Shown piece after piece: positions 8,946 to 19,982 of a stretch of 64,000 bases of DNA. This stretch comes from Planctomycetota bacterium (GTDB lineage: Bacteria; Planctomycetota; B15-G4; JADJEK01). Both the position numbers and the translations under genes were made by a program. Position 1 is the first letter of the stretch. Every line of letters begins with the position of its first letter. A model generated the notes under the pieces. The model made no database searches. It saw only the letters and a program-made list of their open reading frames with translations, and was not told the DNA's origin. The stretch spans positions 32,001 to 96,000 of the forward strand of contig JBGAIQ010000002.1 of NCBI GenBank assembly GCA_044225365.1. The letters are read 5' to 3'.

Positions 8946-9904
8946 AAGATCTGATTCGCGCCATTCCATACATCCGTATGCATCGGGATCGGGTGATCGT
9001 GATCAAGGCGGGCGGAGGCACGCTCCAGAAGGCCGCGCTCCAGCGTCAGTTCGCGCGCCAGGTCGCAGCGATCCACGCGCTCGGCGCGAAAGTGGTTGTC
9101 GTTCATGGCGGTGGTCCGCAGATCGACAAGGTGCAGCGCATGCTCGGCGAGGAGCCGCAGATGGTGGACGGGCGACGCATCACGTCGGAGACTGCGTTGC
9201 GCGCGCTCAAGATGTCGACGGCGGGCGAACTGAACGCCGACCTCGCCGCCGCCCTCCTCGAACAGGGCACGCCCGCGATCGGCATCACGGCGGGAAGCTG
9301 CGGTGCGCTCATCGCGCGTCGGCGCGGCCCGACGAAGACGAGCCAGGGCATCGTCGATTTCGGCCAGGTCGGAGACATCGCAACGGGTCTCGGGGATCCG
9401 ACCGCGATCGCGGCGCTGATCGCGGTGGGTCACGTGCCGGTGATCGCTCCGATCGCAGGCGACGGCGCGGGCGGGTATCTCAACGTCAACGCGGATCTCG
9501 CGGCGGCATCACTCGCGACGACGCTCAAGGCTTCGAAGCTCGTCTTCGTGACGGGAGTTCCCGGCATCTTGCGCGCTGCGCTCGATCCGGCGTCTCTCGT
9601 CTCGGCCTTGAGCCTCGACGAACTCGACGAACTCGACGCGACGGGCGTTTATTCGGGCGGCATGAAGGTGAAGGCGCAGGCGATCCGCAATGCGCTGCAC
9701 GGCGGCGTCGAACGCGTCCACGTCGTCTCCGGCCACGATCCCGAAGCCCTGCTCGCCGAGCTCTACACGACGCACGGAAGCGGCACGCTCGTCACCCGCG
9801 AGCCCGAACGTGCGCCCGAGGATGCGGCTGCGAGCACCCCGCCCGCGGCCAGCGTGACGCAGAAGAGCCAGGACAACGGGCTCTCCGCCGCTGCGATGGG
9901 CTGA
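8942..9904 (+). CDS. argB: N-acylglutamate kinase (no fused GNAT domain)
   Basis: VIKAGG, VVHGGGPQI, GRRIT, LNVNADLAA, GGMKVK; GTG start overlaps the argF' stop. Confidence 0.94.
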   Translation: MKDLIRAIPYIRMHRDRVIVIKAGGGTLQKAALQRQFARQVAAIHALGAKVVVVHGGGPQIDKVQRMLGEEPQMVDGRRITSETALRALKMSTAGELNADLAAALLEQGTPAIGITAGSCGALIARRRGPTKTSQGIVDFGQVGDIATGLGDPTAIAALIAVGHVPVIAPIAGDGAGGYLNVNADLAAASLATTLKASKLVFVTGVPGILRAALDPASLVSALSLDELDELDATGVYSGGMKVKAQAIRNALHGGVERVHVVSGHDPEALLAELYTTHGSGTLVTREPERAPEDAAASTPPAASVTQKSQDNGLSAAAMG

Positions 9905-9906
9905 CG

Positions 9907-10986
9907 ATGGAGCCCGAGGCACTGCTCTCAAGGATGGTGGCGACGCCGAGTCCGTCGGGCGACGAGGGCGCGCTCGCGGACTTCGTCATCGCGTTCGCAG
10001 GCGAGACCGGGCTGTCCACGCAGCGCATCGGCAATTCGGTCGTGGCGCGCATCGGAAGCGTGGGCGCCAACGCGCCGCGCCTGTGGTTGCTCTCGCATCT
10101 CGATACGGTGCCCGTCGGCAATGGCTGGTCCCACGATCCCCTGAAGGGTGAGTGGGAAGGCGACCGGCTGTACGGGCGCGGGGCGAACGACGCCAAGGTC
10201 TGTGGCGCGTCGATGCTCTCCGCGGCGGCGGCGCTCGTGCCCGAATTCTCGAGCGGTCGTATTCGTGGCGTGCTCGAAGTGGTGCTGACCGCGTGCGAGG
10301 AGACGACGAACGCCGGGATGGGCGAGGTGCTCGCCGCTCTCGGCCCGCCGGACGCGTGCATCTGCGGCGAGCCGACGAGCCTCGAAGTCGTCTGCGCGCA
10401 GGGCGGTCTCTCGGTGCTCGCCGCGAAATGGCGCGGGATCTCGTGCCACGCAGCGCATGCTGCGACCGTCGACAACGTGAACGCACTCTTGGTCGCGGCG
10501 CGCGATCTCGCCGAACTGCCGAGCGTGCTCCACGTCGGTCACGATCATCCGCTGCTCGGTCGCACTTCGGTGGTGACGACGCAGCTCAAGGCGGGCGAAC
10601 GACACAACGTGATCCCGGATCTCGCCGAGGCGGTGTTCGACGCGCGCGTCGCGCCTGGAACGAGTGCGGACGAGATCCGCGCCGAACTCGAGCGGCGGCT
10701 GCCGAACGCCGAGGTGACGATCCGCTCGAAACGACTCACAGCGGTGGAGACGGCGATCGATCATCCCGTCGTTCGCGCGGCGCTCCTCGCCGCCAAGAAG
10801 CCGCGCGCGATTGCATCACGGACGCTCTCGGACATGGCGTTCCTGATGGGCGTCCCGGCCGTGAAGTGCGGGCCGGGCGACACGTCGCGGTCGCACACTC
10901 CCAACGAATACGTGACGCGCGCCGAGCTCGACGCCGGCGTCCAGTTCTATCGCGCCGCCGTTCCTTCGATCCTCGCAGTCCTGTAG
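9907..10986 (+). CDS. argE: M20 family N-acyl-ornithine/citrulline deacylase
   Basis: SHLDTV, LYGRGANDAK, ACEE, GEPT, GPGDTSRSHTPNEYV; operon context. Confidence 0.88.
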   Translation: MEPEALLSRMVATPSPSGDEGALADFVIAFAGETGLSTQRIGNSVVARIGSVGANAPRLWLLSHLDTVPVGNGWSHDPLKGEWEGDRLYGRGANDAKVCGASMLSAAAALVPEFSSGRIRGVLEVVLTACEETTNAGMGEVLAALGPPDACICGEPTSLEVVCAQGGLSVLAAKWRGISCHAAHAATVDNVNALLVAARDLAELPSVLHVGHDHPLLGRTSVVTTQLKAGERHNVIPDLAEAVFDARVAPGTSADEIRAELERRLPNAEVTIRSKRLTAVETAIDHPVVRAALLAAKKPRAIASRTLSDMAFLMGVPAVKCGPGDTSRSHTPNEYVTRAELDAGVQFYRAAVPSILAVL

Positions 10987-10998
10987 GGAAGCCAAGTG

Positions 10999-12219
10999 AT
11001 GAGCGATTCCGAATCCGCGAACGAGAACAGTGCGCACGCGCGACCCGTGTGGGACCGTGGCGACGCGATCGATGCCGGCATGCTCGCCTTCACCGTCGGC
11101 GACGACTGGCTGATGGACCGAAGGCTCGTGAAGCACGACATCCGTGGATCGCTCGCGCACGTGAAGGGCCTGGAGCGCGTGGGACTCGTCAGCGCGGACG
11201 ACGCCGCCGCGATCACGCAGGGACTGAACGACCTGCTCGACCTTCATCACAAGGGTGAGTTCGACGTCACGGCGCGGGACGAGGACGTCCATTCGGCCGT
11301 CGAGAACGCACTCGTAGTGCGAATCGGCGATCCGGGCAAACGCCTCCACACCGCACGCAGTCGCAACGAGCAGGTGGCCGTCGACGTTCGGCTCTTCCTG
11401 CGCGAGGCGATCGGTGACGTGCGTGCGGCGCTCGATCGCGCGGTTCAGGCCTGTCTCGATCGCGCGCTCGCCTACGGCGATCTGCCCCTTCCGGGCTACA
11501 CGCACCTTCGCCGCGCGATGCCCTCGACGCTCGGGGTCTGGCTGCTCGCGCACGCCACGGCATTGCGCGCCGACATGTCGGAACTCGACGTGGCGGCGAA
11601 GCGGATCAGCAAGTGCCCGCTCGGGAGCGGGGCCGGATACGGCCTGCCGGTCGAACTCGATCGCGAGTTCGTTGCGAAGGAGCTCGGGTTCGACGCGCCC
11701 GAGGAGCCCGTGACGCTGGTGCAGCACTCGCGTGGGCGGGCCGAGCTCTCGTACCTGAACGCACTCGAGGCGATCGCACTCGACGTGATCAAGCTCGCGA
11801 CCGATCTCTGGCTCTTCACGAGCGAGGAGTTCTCCTTCGCCAAGTTGCCGGTCGCTCTCACGACCGGATCGTCGCTCATGCCGCAGAAGCGGAATCCCGA
11901 CCTCATCGAGCTGCTGCGCGCGAATGCGCGACAGGTGCTCGCCGAGCGCGACGCCGTCCGCGAGGTCGTGCGCGATTTGCCCTCCGGCTATCACCGCGAC
12001 TTCCAGTTGTTGAAGGGGCCGCTCTTTCGCGCGCACGATCGAATGCTCGCGATGCTGCCGATGGTCGACAAGCTCGTCCGCGGGATCGAGTTCGACGCCG
12101 GCGCACTGCGTGCGGCTTGCGCCGACCCAAAGCTCAATGCGACCGCACGCGCGCTCGAGAAAGCCAAGCAGGGCGTCCCGTTCCGCGATGCCTATCGCGA
12201 GGAGAGTCGCGGCGGCTGA
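10999..12219 (+). CDS. argH: Argininosuccinate lyase
   Basis: EDVHS, LHTARSRNEQV, PGYTHL, TGSSLMPQKRNPD, LPSGYHRD. Confidence 0.96.
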   Translation: MSDSESANENSAHARPVWDRGDAIDAGMLAFTVGDDWLMDRRLVKHDIRGSLAHVKGLERVGLVSADDAAAITQGLNDLLDLHHKGEFDVTARDEDVHSAVENALVVRIGDPGKRLHTARSRNEQVAVDVRLFLREAIGDVRAALDRAVQACLDRALAYGDLPLPGYTHLRRAMPSTLGVWLLAHATALRADMSELDVAAKRISKCPLGSGAGYGLPVELDREFVAKELGFDAPEEPVTLVQHSRGRAELSYLNALEAIALDVIKLATDLWLFTSEEFSFAKLPVALTTGSSLMPQKRNPDLIELLRANARQVLAERDAVREVVRDLPSGYHRDFQLLKGPLFRAHDRMLAMLPMVDKLVRGIEFDAGALRAACADPKLNATARALEKAKQGVPFRDAYREESRGG

Positions 12220-12244
12220 GCCGCCCTGCGTCGAAGCCCTACGC

Positions 12245-14827
12245 TCAATGCAGCAGTTGGATCCCGTTCGTCGCGGCGTAGCCGAGCGTCGCGCCCGGGT
12301 CGACGACGAAGCCCTGCATTGCGAGGTTCAGTCCGACCGCCGACGCGGGATAGACGGTCGGCAGCGAGAACGAACCGTTGCCGGCGCCGCCGCCCGCGAG
12401 CGGGAGCAAGAGGCTCTGCGGCAACACGGGGAAGAGCAGCAGACGACATCCGCCGCCGATCGGCAGGTTCGCGGGCGATGTTCCGAGCAGGACGACCATC
12501 GTCGCGCCGCCGAGTCCGAACTTCGCGCCGAGCTTGACCGTTTCGCCCGGATCGGGACACCCCGTGAACGTGAGGACCGGTGAGAAGCCGCCCGAGCCTG
12601 GGCAGCCCGAACCATAGGCCGCGGCCGCTGAAACGCACTTGTCCTGGATGAGGATCGCGAAGTCCTCCACGAATCCGAGCGAATGGCCGACGACGGCATC
12701 GGTTCGTCCGTCACCGTTCAGGTCCGCGAGATCGGAGCCGTAGAGGATCCCATTGCTGCTCGGGTTGGTGTCCCACCCGAAGTTCACGAGCGCGTTGCTT
12801 TCCGCGGGATCGAAGCCGTTCGCCGTGCCGGGAACGATCGTCCCGCCGACCGCGACGTCCGTGAAGCCGTCGGCGTCGAGATCGCCGAAGTGGACTGCGG
12901 CGGGCTGAATGACGAAGCTCCCGATTCCCGAATTCTCCGTGACGACGGAGAAACCGTTCGCGCCGTAGCTCAACTGGAAGATCCGCAGATTGCTGAGGAG
13001 GCAGAGATCCATGTCGCCGTCGTTGTCGAAGTCGCGCGCCGTACTGAATTGGAGGTCGGGCGCGAGGACGATCGGGGTGACGATCGAACTCGGCCCCGGC
13101 GAGAAGGTACCGGCGCCATTTCCGAGATACGGGTACAGGAGCACATGGGTCGATTGTGCGACACTGTTCGTCGAGACGACGAAGTCGATGAAGCCGTCGA
13201 GATCGAAGTCCGCGGCTGCGAGTGAGCCAAGACCGGTCGACTGCACGACGGCGGTGGACGTCGCGTAGGGATTCGGGCCCGGAGAAGCCGTGCACAGATT
13301 GACGTCGAAAGCCGTCAACGCGAACAGATCGTCGTCGCCGTCGTTGTCGATGTCGGCGGGCACCGGGGGAGCCTTCAAGAACAAGAAGTTCGTGGTGGTC
13401 GGAGGCGGTACGAAAGCTCCGTTCCCCACACCCAGGTGCGTAGCGATCGAACCGAGGAAGGACTGAGTACCCGCGACGACGAGATCGACGTTGCCGTCGT
13501 TGTTCGAGTTCACCGGGACGAGCCAAGGGAACAATTCGGACGGTGAGAGGACGGTGGGCCCGAACGAACCGTCGCCGGCGCCCTTTTGGAACCGGATCGA
13601 TCCGCCGTCGTTCACGAGGAGGTCGACCTTCGCATCTCCGTCGACATCGTGCAGGAGCGGCGCCGAGTTCACCGTGGTGGGAACGCCTGTCGTGGGCGGC
13701 AGTACGAAAGTGCCCGGGCTCTGGCTGAAGAGTCCGTAGACGCCGAGCGCACCGACGACGACGAGATCGATCAGGCCGTTGCCATCGAGATGCATCGCCG
13801 CCGCGGTCCACATCCCTCCGAGGTCGACGTTCGATGCGATCCCGAAGAAACCATGCTTGTTGCCGTAGCGAAGCTGCGGCGGCGCCCCCAAGATCAAGGT
13901 GAGGAGATCCGGGTTCTGATCGGAGTTGAAGTCGGCGACGACGCACTGGGTTGGACTGTTCGACGTGTTGATGTAGTTGATCGACTGACTCGAGGTGAAG
14001 CCGTTCACGGTGGCGAGCAGGATCCTCGTCGTTCCCGGGCTGCCGTTGTCCTCGTTGACCACGAGATCGCTTCGGCCATCGTGATCGAGGTCCGCCACCA
14101 GAATGAACTCGCCGGGTGTGGCGAAGGCCGGCAGCGGCGACGCAAAGACTCCGCCGCCCAGACCACGCATCGTGAAGACACCATGCGCCAGTCCGAACGC
14201 GGAGATCGCGACGTCTGCCGTTCCATCGCCATCGAAGTCGCCGACTCCGAGAACCGCATCGCCGATCGGCGCGGCCTGCGGCGGGGAAGCCACGAGGCCG
14301 TTCGCATTCAAGAGCACCTGGATCGAGGCTTGGAGTCCGACGAGGTCGTAGGTGTAGACCAGGATGTCGGCCTTGCCGTCCTGGTCGAAGTCGCCGCTCA
14401 CGAGACGCAACGGATCGATGCTGGGATACGAGGTCGGAGCGCCGAACGTCCCGTCCCCGAGATTCGCATACACGAGTACCGCGGAGGCGACGCCGTGAGC
14501 CGACGCCGCGATGTCGAGGTCGCCGTCGTTGTCGAAGTCACCGATCGCATCTTCGATCGGGCCGACGCCGATTCCGCCGGCGGACGGAGTGAAGCTACCG
14601 AATCCTCGATTCAGGAGGACCTGTCCGCGCGAGAGCAGATCGGGGATTCCGTCGCCGTCGAAATCCCCCGCGAGTGTGTTGCTCGCCTGACTCGGCCCTT
14701 CGAAGAACGAGAACTGCGGAGTCGATTCGAATCGAAACTTGGGAGGGGCGGCATGGGAATCCACGGCAGGAAGGAGCCCGACAAGAGCCATCGCGGACGA
14801 CCAAGGAGAAGCATGCTTCAACGTCAT
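12245..14827 (-). CDS. Secreted FG-GAP/VCBS repeat protein, paralog 2
   Basis: Signal peptide; many GDFDxDGxxD Ca-binding repeats; C-terminal YGSGCPGSGG...YAATNGIQLLH domain. Confidence 0.88.
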   Translation of the reverse strand: MTLKHASPWSSAMALVGLLPAVDSHAAPPKFRFESTPQFSFFEGPSQASNTLAGDFDGDGIPDLLSRGQVLLNRGFGSFTPSAGGIGVGPIEDAIGDFDNDGDLDIAASAHGVASAVLVYANLGDGTFGAPTSYPSIDPLRLVSGDFDQDGKADILVYTYDLVGLQASIQVLLNANGLVASPPQAAPIGDAVLGVGDFDGDGTADVAISAFGLAHGVFTMRGLGGGVFASPLPAFATPGEFILVADLDHDGRSDLVVNEDNGSPGTTRILLATVNGFTSSQSINYINTSNSPTQCVVADFNSDQNPDLLTLILGAPPQLRYGNKHGFFGIASNVDLGGMWTAAAMHLDGNGLIDLVVVGALGVYGLFSQSPGTFVLPPTTGVPTTVNSAPLLHDVDGDAKVDLLVNDGGSIRFQKGAGDGSFGPTVLSPSELFPWLVPVNSNNDGNVDLVVAGTQSFLGSIATHLGVGNGAFVPPPTTTNFLFLKAPPVPADIDNDGDDDLFALTAFDVNLCTASPGPNPYATSTAVVQSTGLGSLAAADFDLDGFIDFVVSTNSVAQSTHVLLYPYLGNGAGTFSPGPSSIVTPIVLAPDLQFSTARDFDNDGDMDLCLLSNLRIFQLSYGANGFSVVTENSGIGSFVIQPAAVHFGDLDADGFTDVAVGGTIVPGTANGFDPAESNALVNFGWDTNPSSNGILYGSDLADLNGDGRTDAVVGHSLGFVEDFAILIQDKCVSAAAAYGSGCPGSGGFSPVLTFTGCPDPGETVKLGAKFGLGGATMVVLLGTSPANLPIGGGCRLLLFPVLPQSLLLPLAGGGAGNGSFSLPTVYPASAVGLNLAMQGFVVDPGATLGYAATNGIQLLH

Positions 14828-17400
14828 CCGCCCCATCGACCTCGACCAAATCGGAGAAGACCCACCACGAGTTCGCAATCAGTGAAGGAGCTGGATCCCG
14901 TTCGTCGCGGCGTAGCCGAGTGTCGCGCCCGGGTCGACGACGAAGCCCTGCATCGCGAGGTTCAGTCCGACCGCCGACGCGGGATAGACGGTCGGCAGCG
15001 AGAACGAGCCGTTGCCGGCGCCGCCGCCCGCGAGCGGGAGCAAGAGGCTCTGCGGCAACACGGGGAAGAGCAGCAGACGACATCCGCCGCCGAGTGGCAG
15101 GTTGGCGGGTGACGTTCCGAGCAGGACGACCATCGTCGCGCCGCCGAGGCCGAACTTCGCGCCGAGTTGGACCGCGGCGCCCGGATCGGGGCAGCCGGTA
15201 AAGGTGAGTGCCGGTACGAATCCTCCCGACCCTGGACAGCCCGAGCCGTACGCGGTCGCGGTCGACACGCAGGTGTCCTGGAGGAGGATCGCGAAATCCT
15301 GTTGATTGCTGAGCGGCCGTCCCACGACGGCGTCGGTGCGCCCGTCGCCGTTCAGGTCCGCGAGGTCGGAGCCGTAGAACAGTCCGTTGCCGCTTGGATT
15401 GGTGTCCGAACCGAAGTTGACGAGCACGTTGCTCGCAGACGGATCGAACCCATTCGCGGTTCCGGGAACGATCGTCCCGCCGATGACGAGGTCCGTCAAA
15501 CCGTCGGTATCGAGATCTCCGAACTCCACCGAAACCGGCGGCGTGAGAAAGCTGCCGATCCCGGGATTCTGCGTAATGACGGAGAATCCACCGGTCCCGT
15601 AGCTCAACTGGAAGATGGTGAGGTTGCTGAGGACGCAGAGGTCCATGTCGCCATCGCCGTCGAAGTCGCGCGCCGTACTGAACTGGAGGTCGGGCGCCAG
15701 GACGAGCGGAGTGACGACCGAACTCGGCCCCTGCGTGAACGCGCCGGTGCCATTTCCGAAGAAAGGAACCGCGTTCACGTTGGGCGATACGGAGAAGCTG
15801 TCGGTGGTGGCGACGAAGTCGAGGAATCCATCCAGATCGAAGTCGGCCGGCGCGATCGAGCCGTAGGAAGTCGAGGGCGAGAGCGTGACCGAGTTCGCGT
15901 AGGGATTCGGGCCCGGAGCTGCTGTGAAGAGAGCGAGGAAGGGACCCGCCAATCCGAGCAGGTCGTCGTCACCGTCGTCGTCGACGTCGGCGGCGACCGG
16001 AGCCGTCTTGAACGCCAGGGTACTCGTGCTCGTCGGGGCGGCAGCGAAGCTTCCACTTCCGTTGCCGAGGAGCGAAGTGACCGTTCCGATGAAGAGGTTG
16101 TTCCCCACCGCGACGAGATCGAGGTTCGCATCGTTGTTCGAATGGACGGGCACGAGCCAGGGACGCGCCGCTGCGGCCGAGAGCACCGCCGGGCCAAACG
16201 TGCCATTACCCACGCCCTTGCGGAATTGAATCGATCCGTTGGCGTTCACGAGGAAGTCCGCCTTGGAGTCGCCATCGACATCGCGGAGCAATGGGCGCGA
16301 ACTGACGTTCGGACTCAGCCCCGTCGTCGGCGGCAGAACGAACGTACCCGGAGTCTTCCCGCGGAGGCCGTACACGCCGAGCGGACCCTGCACGACGAGA
16401 TCGATGAGGGCATCGCCATCGAGGTTCATCGCGATAGCGGTCCACATCCCTCCGAGGTCGACGTTCGTGGCTCCGCCGAAGAAACCATGTTTGTTACCGA
16501 GTCGAAGTTGCGATGGCGCACCCAGGATCAGAGTGAGGAGATCCACGTTCTGATCGGAATCGAAATCGGCGAGCACGCACTGCGTCGGACTGTTGGACGT
16601 GTTGATGTAGTTGATCGACTGGCTCGAGTTGAAACCGTTCACGGTCGCGAGCAGGATCCTCGTCGTGCCCGAGTTTCCGTTGTCGTCGTTGATCACGAGA
16701 TCGCTGAGGCCATCGTGGTCGAGATCCGCGACCAGGATGAATTCGCCCGGTACGGCGAACGCCGGCAACGCCTGCGCGAAGACTCCGCCGCCCAGGCCGC
16801 GCATCGTGAAGACTCCATGCGCCTGTCCGAATGCGGAGATCGCGACGTCGCTCGTTCCATCACCATCGAAGTCGCCCACTCCGAGCACCGCGTCGCCGAT
16901 CGGCGCGGCCTGCGGCGGGGAAGCCACGAGGCCGTTCGCATTCAAGAGCACCTGGACGGACGCGCTGAGTCCGACGAGGTCGTAGTCGTAGACCAAGATG
17001 TCGGCCTTGCCGTCCTGATCGAAGTCGCCGCTGACGAGATGCATTGGATCGATGCTGGGATACGAGGTCGGAGCGCCAAACGTTCCGTTCCCGAGATTCG
17101 CATACACGAGGACTGCGGACGCGACGCCGTGAGCCGAGGCCGCGATGTCCAGGTCGCCATCGTTGTCGAAGTCCCCGATCGCGTCTTCGATCGGACCGAC
17201 GCCGATTCCACCTGCGGACGGAGAGAAACTTCCGAATCCTCGATTCAGGAGGACCTGCCCGCGTGTCAGCAGATCTTGGATCCCGTCGCCGTCGAAGTCT
17301 CCCGCGAGGGTATTGCTCGCCGGACTCGGCCCTTGGAAGAACGAAAACTGAGGAGTGGACTCGAATCGAAACCTGGGAGGGGCGGCTTCCGAGCTCGTCG
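12245..17400. repeat. Tandem gene duplication with ~2.6 kb period
   Basis: Near-identical DNA, e.g. 12258-12530 vs 14892-15165, and the 5' parts of both genes. Confidence 0.9.
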
Positions 17401-17470
17401 CCGGGAGTAGCGCGGCAAGAACCAGCCCAACCAGCCACGGTGAAACACACGCGACGGAATTCGACTTCAC
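14879..17470 (-). CDS. Secreted FG-GAP/VCBS repeat protein, paralog 1
   Basis: GGAGG RBS before a GTG start; signal peptide; same repeat architecture and C-terminal domain as the adjacent paralog. Confidence 0.88.
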   Translation of the reverse strand: MKSNSVACVSPWLVGLVLAALLPATSSEAAPPRFRFESTPQFSFFQGPSPASNTLAGDFDGDGIQDLLTRGQVLLNRGFGSFSPSAGGIGVGPIEDAIGDFDNDGDLDIAASAHGVASAVLVYANLGNGTFGAPTSYPSIDPMHLVSGDFDQDGKADILVYDYDLVGLSASVQVLLNANGLVASPPQAAPIGDAVLGVGDFDGDGTSDVAISAFGQAHGVFTMRGLGGGVFAQALPAFAVPGEFILVADLDHDGLSDLVINDDNGNSGTTRILLATVNGFNSSQSINYINTSNSPTQCVLADFDSDQNVDLLTLILGAPSQLRLGNKHGFFGGATNVDLGGMWTAIAMNLDGDALIDLVVQGPLGVYGLRGKTPGTFVLPPTTGLSPNVSSRPLLRDVDGDSKADFLVNANGSIQFRKGVGNGTFGPAVLSAAAARPWLVPVHSNNDANLDLVAVGNNLFIGTVTSLLGNGSGSFAAAPTSTSTLAFKTAPVAADVDDDGDDDLLGLAGPFLALFTAAPGPNPYANSVTLSPSTSYGSIAPADFDLDGFLDFVATTDSFSVSPNVNAVPFFGNGTGAFTQGPSSVVTPLVLAPDLQFSTARDFDGDGDMDLCVLSNLTIFQLSYGTGGFSVITQNPGIGSFLTPPVSVEFGDLDTDGLTDLVIGGTIVPGTANGFDPSASNVLVNFGSDTNPSGNGLFYGSDLADLNGDGRTDAVVGRPLSNQQDFAILLQDTCVSTATAYGSGCPGSGGFVPALTFTGCPDPGAAVQLGAKFGLGGATMVVLLGTSPANLPLGGGCRLLLFPVLPQSLLLPLAGGGAGNGSFSLPTVYPASAVGLNLAMQGFVVDPGATLGYAATNGIQLLH

Positions 17471-17554
17471 CACGATTCGGCCTCCGATCGAAGCGACTCC
17501 CCGCCGCTTCGATTTCAACCCGACACATGCCGCTCGGGGGTCGATCATAGCACA

Positions 17555-17587
17555 CGGATCTCCGACGACGGGGTCGTCGGAGATCCG
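17555..17587 (-). terminator. Perfect 15-bp hairpin downstream of lon
   Basis: cggatctccgacgac-ggg-gtcgtcggagatccg about 20 nt after the lon stop; no clear U-tract. Confidence 0.6.
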
Positions 17588-17606
17588 CGGGTCGTCATCG
17601 CGAGAT

Positions 17607-19982
17607 TCAGTTCGTCGACGCCGCGACCTCGTCGGGCATGAGGACCGCATCGACCACTTCGTCCGCCGAGTCGACGAGGATGAATTCGAGGCGATCCCTC
17701 ACCTCCGCGGGGATCTCGTCGAGGTCGATCTCGTTGCGGCGGGGAAGGACGACGCGCTTCGCGCCGGCGCGAGCGGCCGCCAAGACCTTCTCGCGGATGC
17801 CGCCGACCGGAAGTACTTGACCGCGCAAAGTGATCTCACCCGTCATGGCTAGGTCGTGGCGTCCGCGTCGTCCGGTGAGGATCGAAGCGAGCGCCGAGAG
17901 CATCGCGACACCTGCGGAAGGACCATCCTTCGGCACCGCGCCCGCGGGGACATGGACGTGGTAGTCGAACTCCCTCGCGCGGGGAAAGACGTCCGGCTGA
18001 CTCTTCAGCCAGGTGAGTGCTGCCATCGCGGATTCCTTCATCACGTCGCCGAGGCTGCCCGTGATCTGGAGACGGCCGTCGCCGGGGGTGCGCGCGGCCT
18101 CCACGAAGAGGACTTCGCCCCCGACCGGTGTCCACGCGAGTCCCATGACGACACCGGGCCGCTGCACTCGTTCCAGCGCCTCGCGGAAGATCTTCTTCGG
18201 ACCGAGGAACCTCGTGAGATCCGCCGTCGTGACCTTCACGAACTCGTCCTTGCCCGTCGCGACCTCGAGAGCGAGTCGCCGCGCGATCGCGCCGAGCTGA
18301 CGCTCGAGCGAACGGACGCCCGCTTCGCTCGTGTAGCCCTCGATGATCGCCGTGATCGCGTCGTCGTCGATGTCGACGCGCAACGGATCGAGACCCGATT
18401 GCTCGGCGACCCGGCGCCACAGGTGGCGGCGCGCGATCACGACCTTCTCGAGCGCGGTGTAGCTCGGGATCTCGATCACCTCCATGCGATCGAGCAAGGG
18501 ACGAGTCAGAGTCTCGAGGGTGTTCGCGGTCGTGATGAAGAGCACGCGCGAGAGATCGAACGGCACCTCGATGTAGCGATCCGTGAAGTCCTTGTTCTGT
18601 TCGGGGTCGAGCACTTCGAGGAGGGCCGCCGCCGGATCGCCGTGATACGACGCAGCCATCTTGTCGATCTCGTCGACGACGAAGACCGGGTTCTTGGTGC
18701 CCGCCTTGCGCAGCGCGGAGATGATTCGCCCGGGCAGCGCACCGACGTAGGTTCGTCGATGTCCGCGGATCTCGGACTCATCGGAGACTCCGCCCACACT
18801 GATCCGCACGAGCTCACGGCCCGTCGCTTCGGCGACGGCCTGGGCGAGACTCGTCTTACCGACGCCAGGCGGCCCGACGAAGCAAAGGATCGGTGCGCGA
18901 CCGTCCGGTCGCAGTTTGCGCACTGCGAGCGATTCGAGGATGCGCTCCTTTGCCTTGCGCAGACCGAAGTGCTCGCGATCGAGAACCGCGCGCGCCTCTT
19001 CGAGATCGGCGCGCTCCTTCGAAGTCTTCGTCCAGGGCAGGGCTGCGAGCCATTCGAGATAGCTCACGATGTACCCGCGTTCGGGCGACGACGAGCCCAT
19101 CGATTCGAGTCGCTTCAACTCGCGATCGGCGACCGTGCGCGCTTCGGGATTGAGATCCGCCTTCGCGAGTTTCTCGCGCAGCGTGGCGATCTCGGAGTCA
19201 TCCTCCTCCCCGAGTTCCTTACGGATCGCGCGCAGCTGCTCGTTCAGAATCGCCTTTCGCTTGTGCTCCTCGAGTTGCCCATGCACCTGGGTCTCGATCT
19301 TCTTGCTCAGTTCCAGCACTTCGATCGAGCGGCCGACGAGGCGAGAAACGACGCGCAGGCGCTCCTTCACGTCGAACGCCTCGAGCACCTCCTGCTTCTC
19401 GTCGCGTTGGAAGGGCAATGCCGCGGCGATCATGTCCGCGAGTGCGCCCGGCTCGCCGATCCTCTCGGCGAGGGCCGAGAGGTCGTGGGCGGTCGTCGGT
19501 GAGTTCTCCGCGATCTGGCGCACGAGACTCTTGATCGTGCGCACGAGGGCGTCGGACTCGACGTCGTGTTTCGCGGGCGCTTCGGGCACGACTTCGATGT
19601 CGGCGAGCAGGTACGACCCGGTCGAAACGACTCGCGACAGAACGGCACGGGTCGTCGACTGGACGATCGCCGTGAGATTCTCACCGTCCTGATTCACCAC
19701 CTTGAGGACGCGCGCGATGACACCGATGCGGTGGAGATCGGCCTCGCTCGGCGTTTCCACCTCGACGCGCTTCTGCATCACGAGGAAGACCTCTTGTTCC
19801 GCGCTGCGCTGCTTCAGAGCGGCTTCGATGGCGGCGCGGGTCGCGGGGCGCCCAACGGCGAGCGGAGCGGGGATCCCCGGCAGGGGGACGATCCCGCGAA
19901 GCGGAACGATCGGCAGACTCCGCAGCTTGCCGATCGAACTCGTCGAATTCGTGTCACGGTTGGGCGTCGAGTTGTCGCGCAT
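17607..19982 (-). CDS. lon: ATP-dependent Lon protease
   Basis: LON N-domain; GPPGVGKTS; [13 protein letters not shown]; VVDEIDK; PKDGPSAG (catalytic Ser); VGGIREK (catalytic Lys). Confidence 0.97.
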   Translation of the reverse strand: MRDNSTPNRDTNSTSSIGKLRSLPIVPLRGIVPLPGIPAPLAVGRPATRAAIEAALKQRSAEQEVFLVMQKRVEVETPSEADLHRIGVIARVLKVVNQDGENLTAIVQSTTRAVLSRVVSTGSYLLADIEVVPEAPAKHDVESDALVRTIKSLVRQIAENSPTTAHDLSALAERIGEPGALADMIAAALPFQRDEKQEVLEAFDVKERLRVVSRLVGRSIEVLELSKKIETQVHGQLEEHKRKAILNEQLRAIRKELGEEDDSEIATLREKLAKADLNPEARTVADRELKRLESMGSSSPERGYIVSYLEWLAALPWTKTSKERADLEEARAVLDREHFGLRKAKERILESLAVRKLRPDGRAPILCFVGPPGVGKTSLAQAVAEATGRELVRISVGGVSDESEIRGHRRTYVGALPGRIISALRKAGTKNPVFVVDEIDKMAASYHGDPAAALLEVLDPEQNKDFTDRYIEVPFDLSRVLFITTANTLETLTRPLLDRMEVIEIPSYTALEKVVIARRHLWRRVAEQSGLDPLRVDIDDDAITAIIEGYTSEAGVRSLERQLGAIARRLALEVATGKDEFVKVTTADLTRFLGPKKIFREALERVQRPGVVMGLAWTPVGGEVLFVEAARTPGDGRLQITGSLGDVMKESAMAALTWLKSQPDVFPRAREFDYHVHVPAGAVPKDGPSAGVAMLSALASILTGRRGRHDLAMTGEITLRGQVLPVGGIREKVLAAARAGAKRVVLPRRNEIDLDEIPAEVRDRLEFILVDSADEVVDAVLMPDEVAASTN

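Noticed and set aside
5548-10986. Apparent long N-terminal extensions or fusions on ArgD, ArgF', ArgB and ArgE in the ORF track
   Set aside because: Each true start overlaps or closely follows the previous stop; the extensions are read-through of neighbouring genes in other frames
13586-17410. Long plus-strand ORFs (13586-15112, 15167-17410) and similar antisense ORFs elsewhere
   Set aside because: Shadow frames of genuine genes in high-GC DNA; no motifs and Arg-rich nonsense composition
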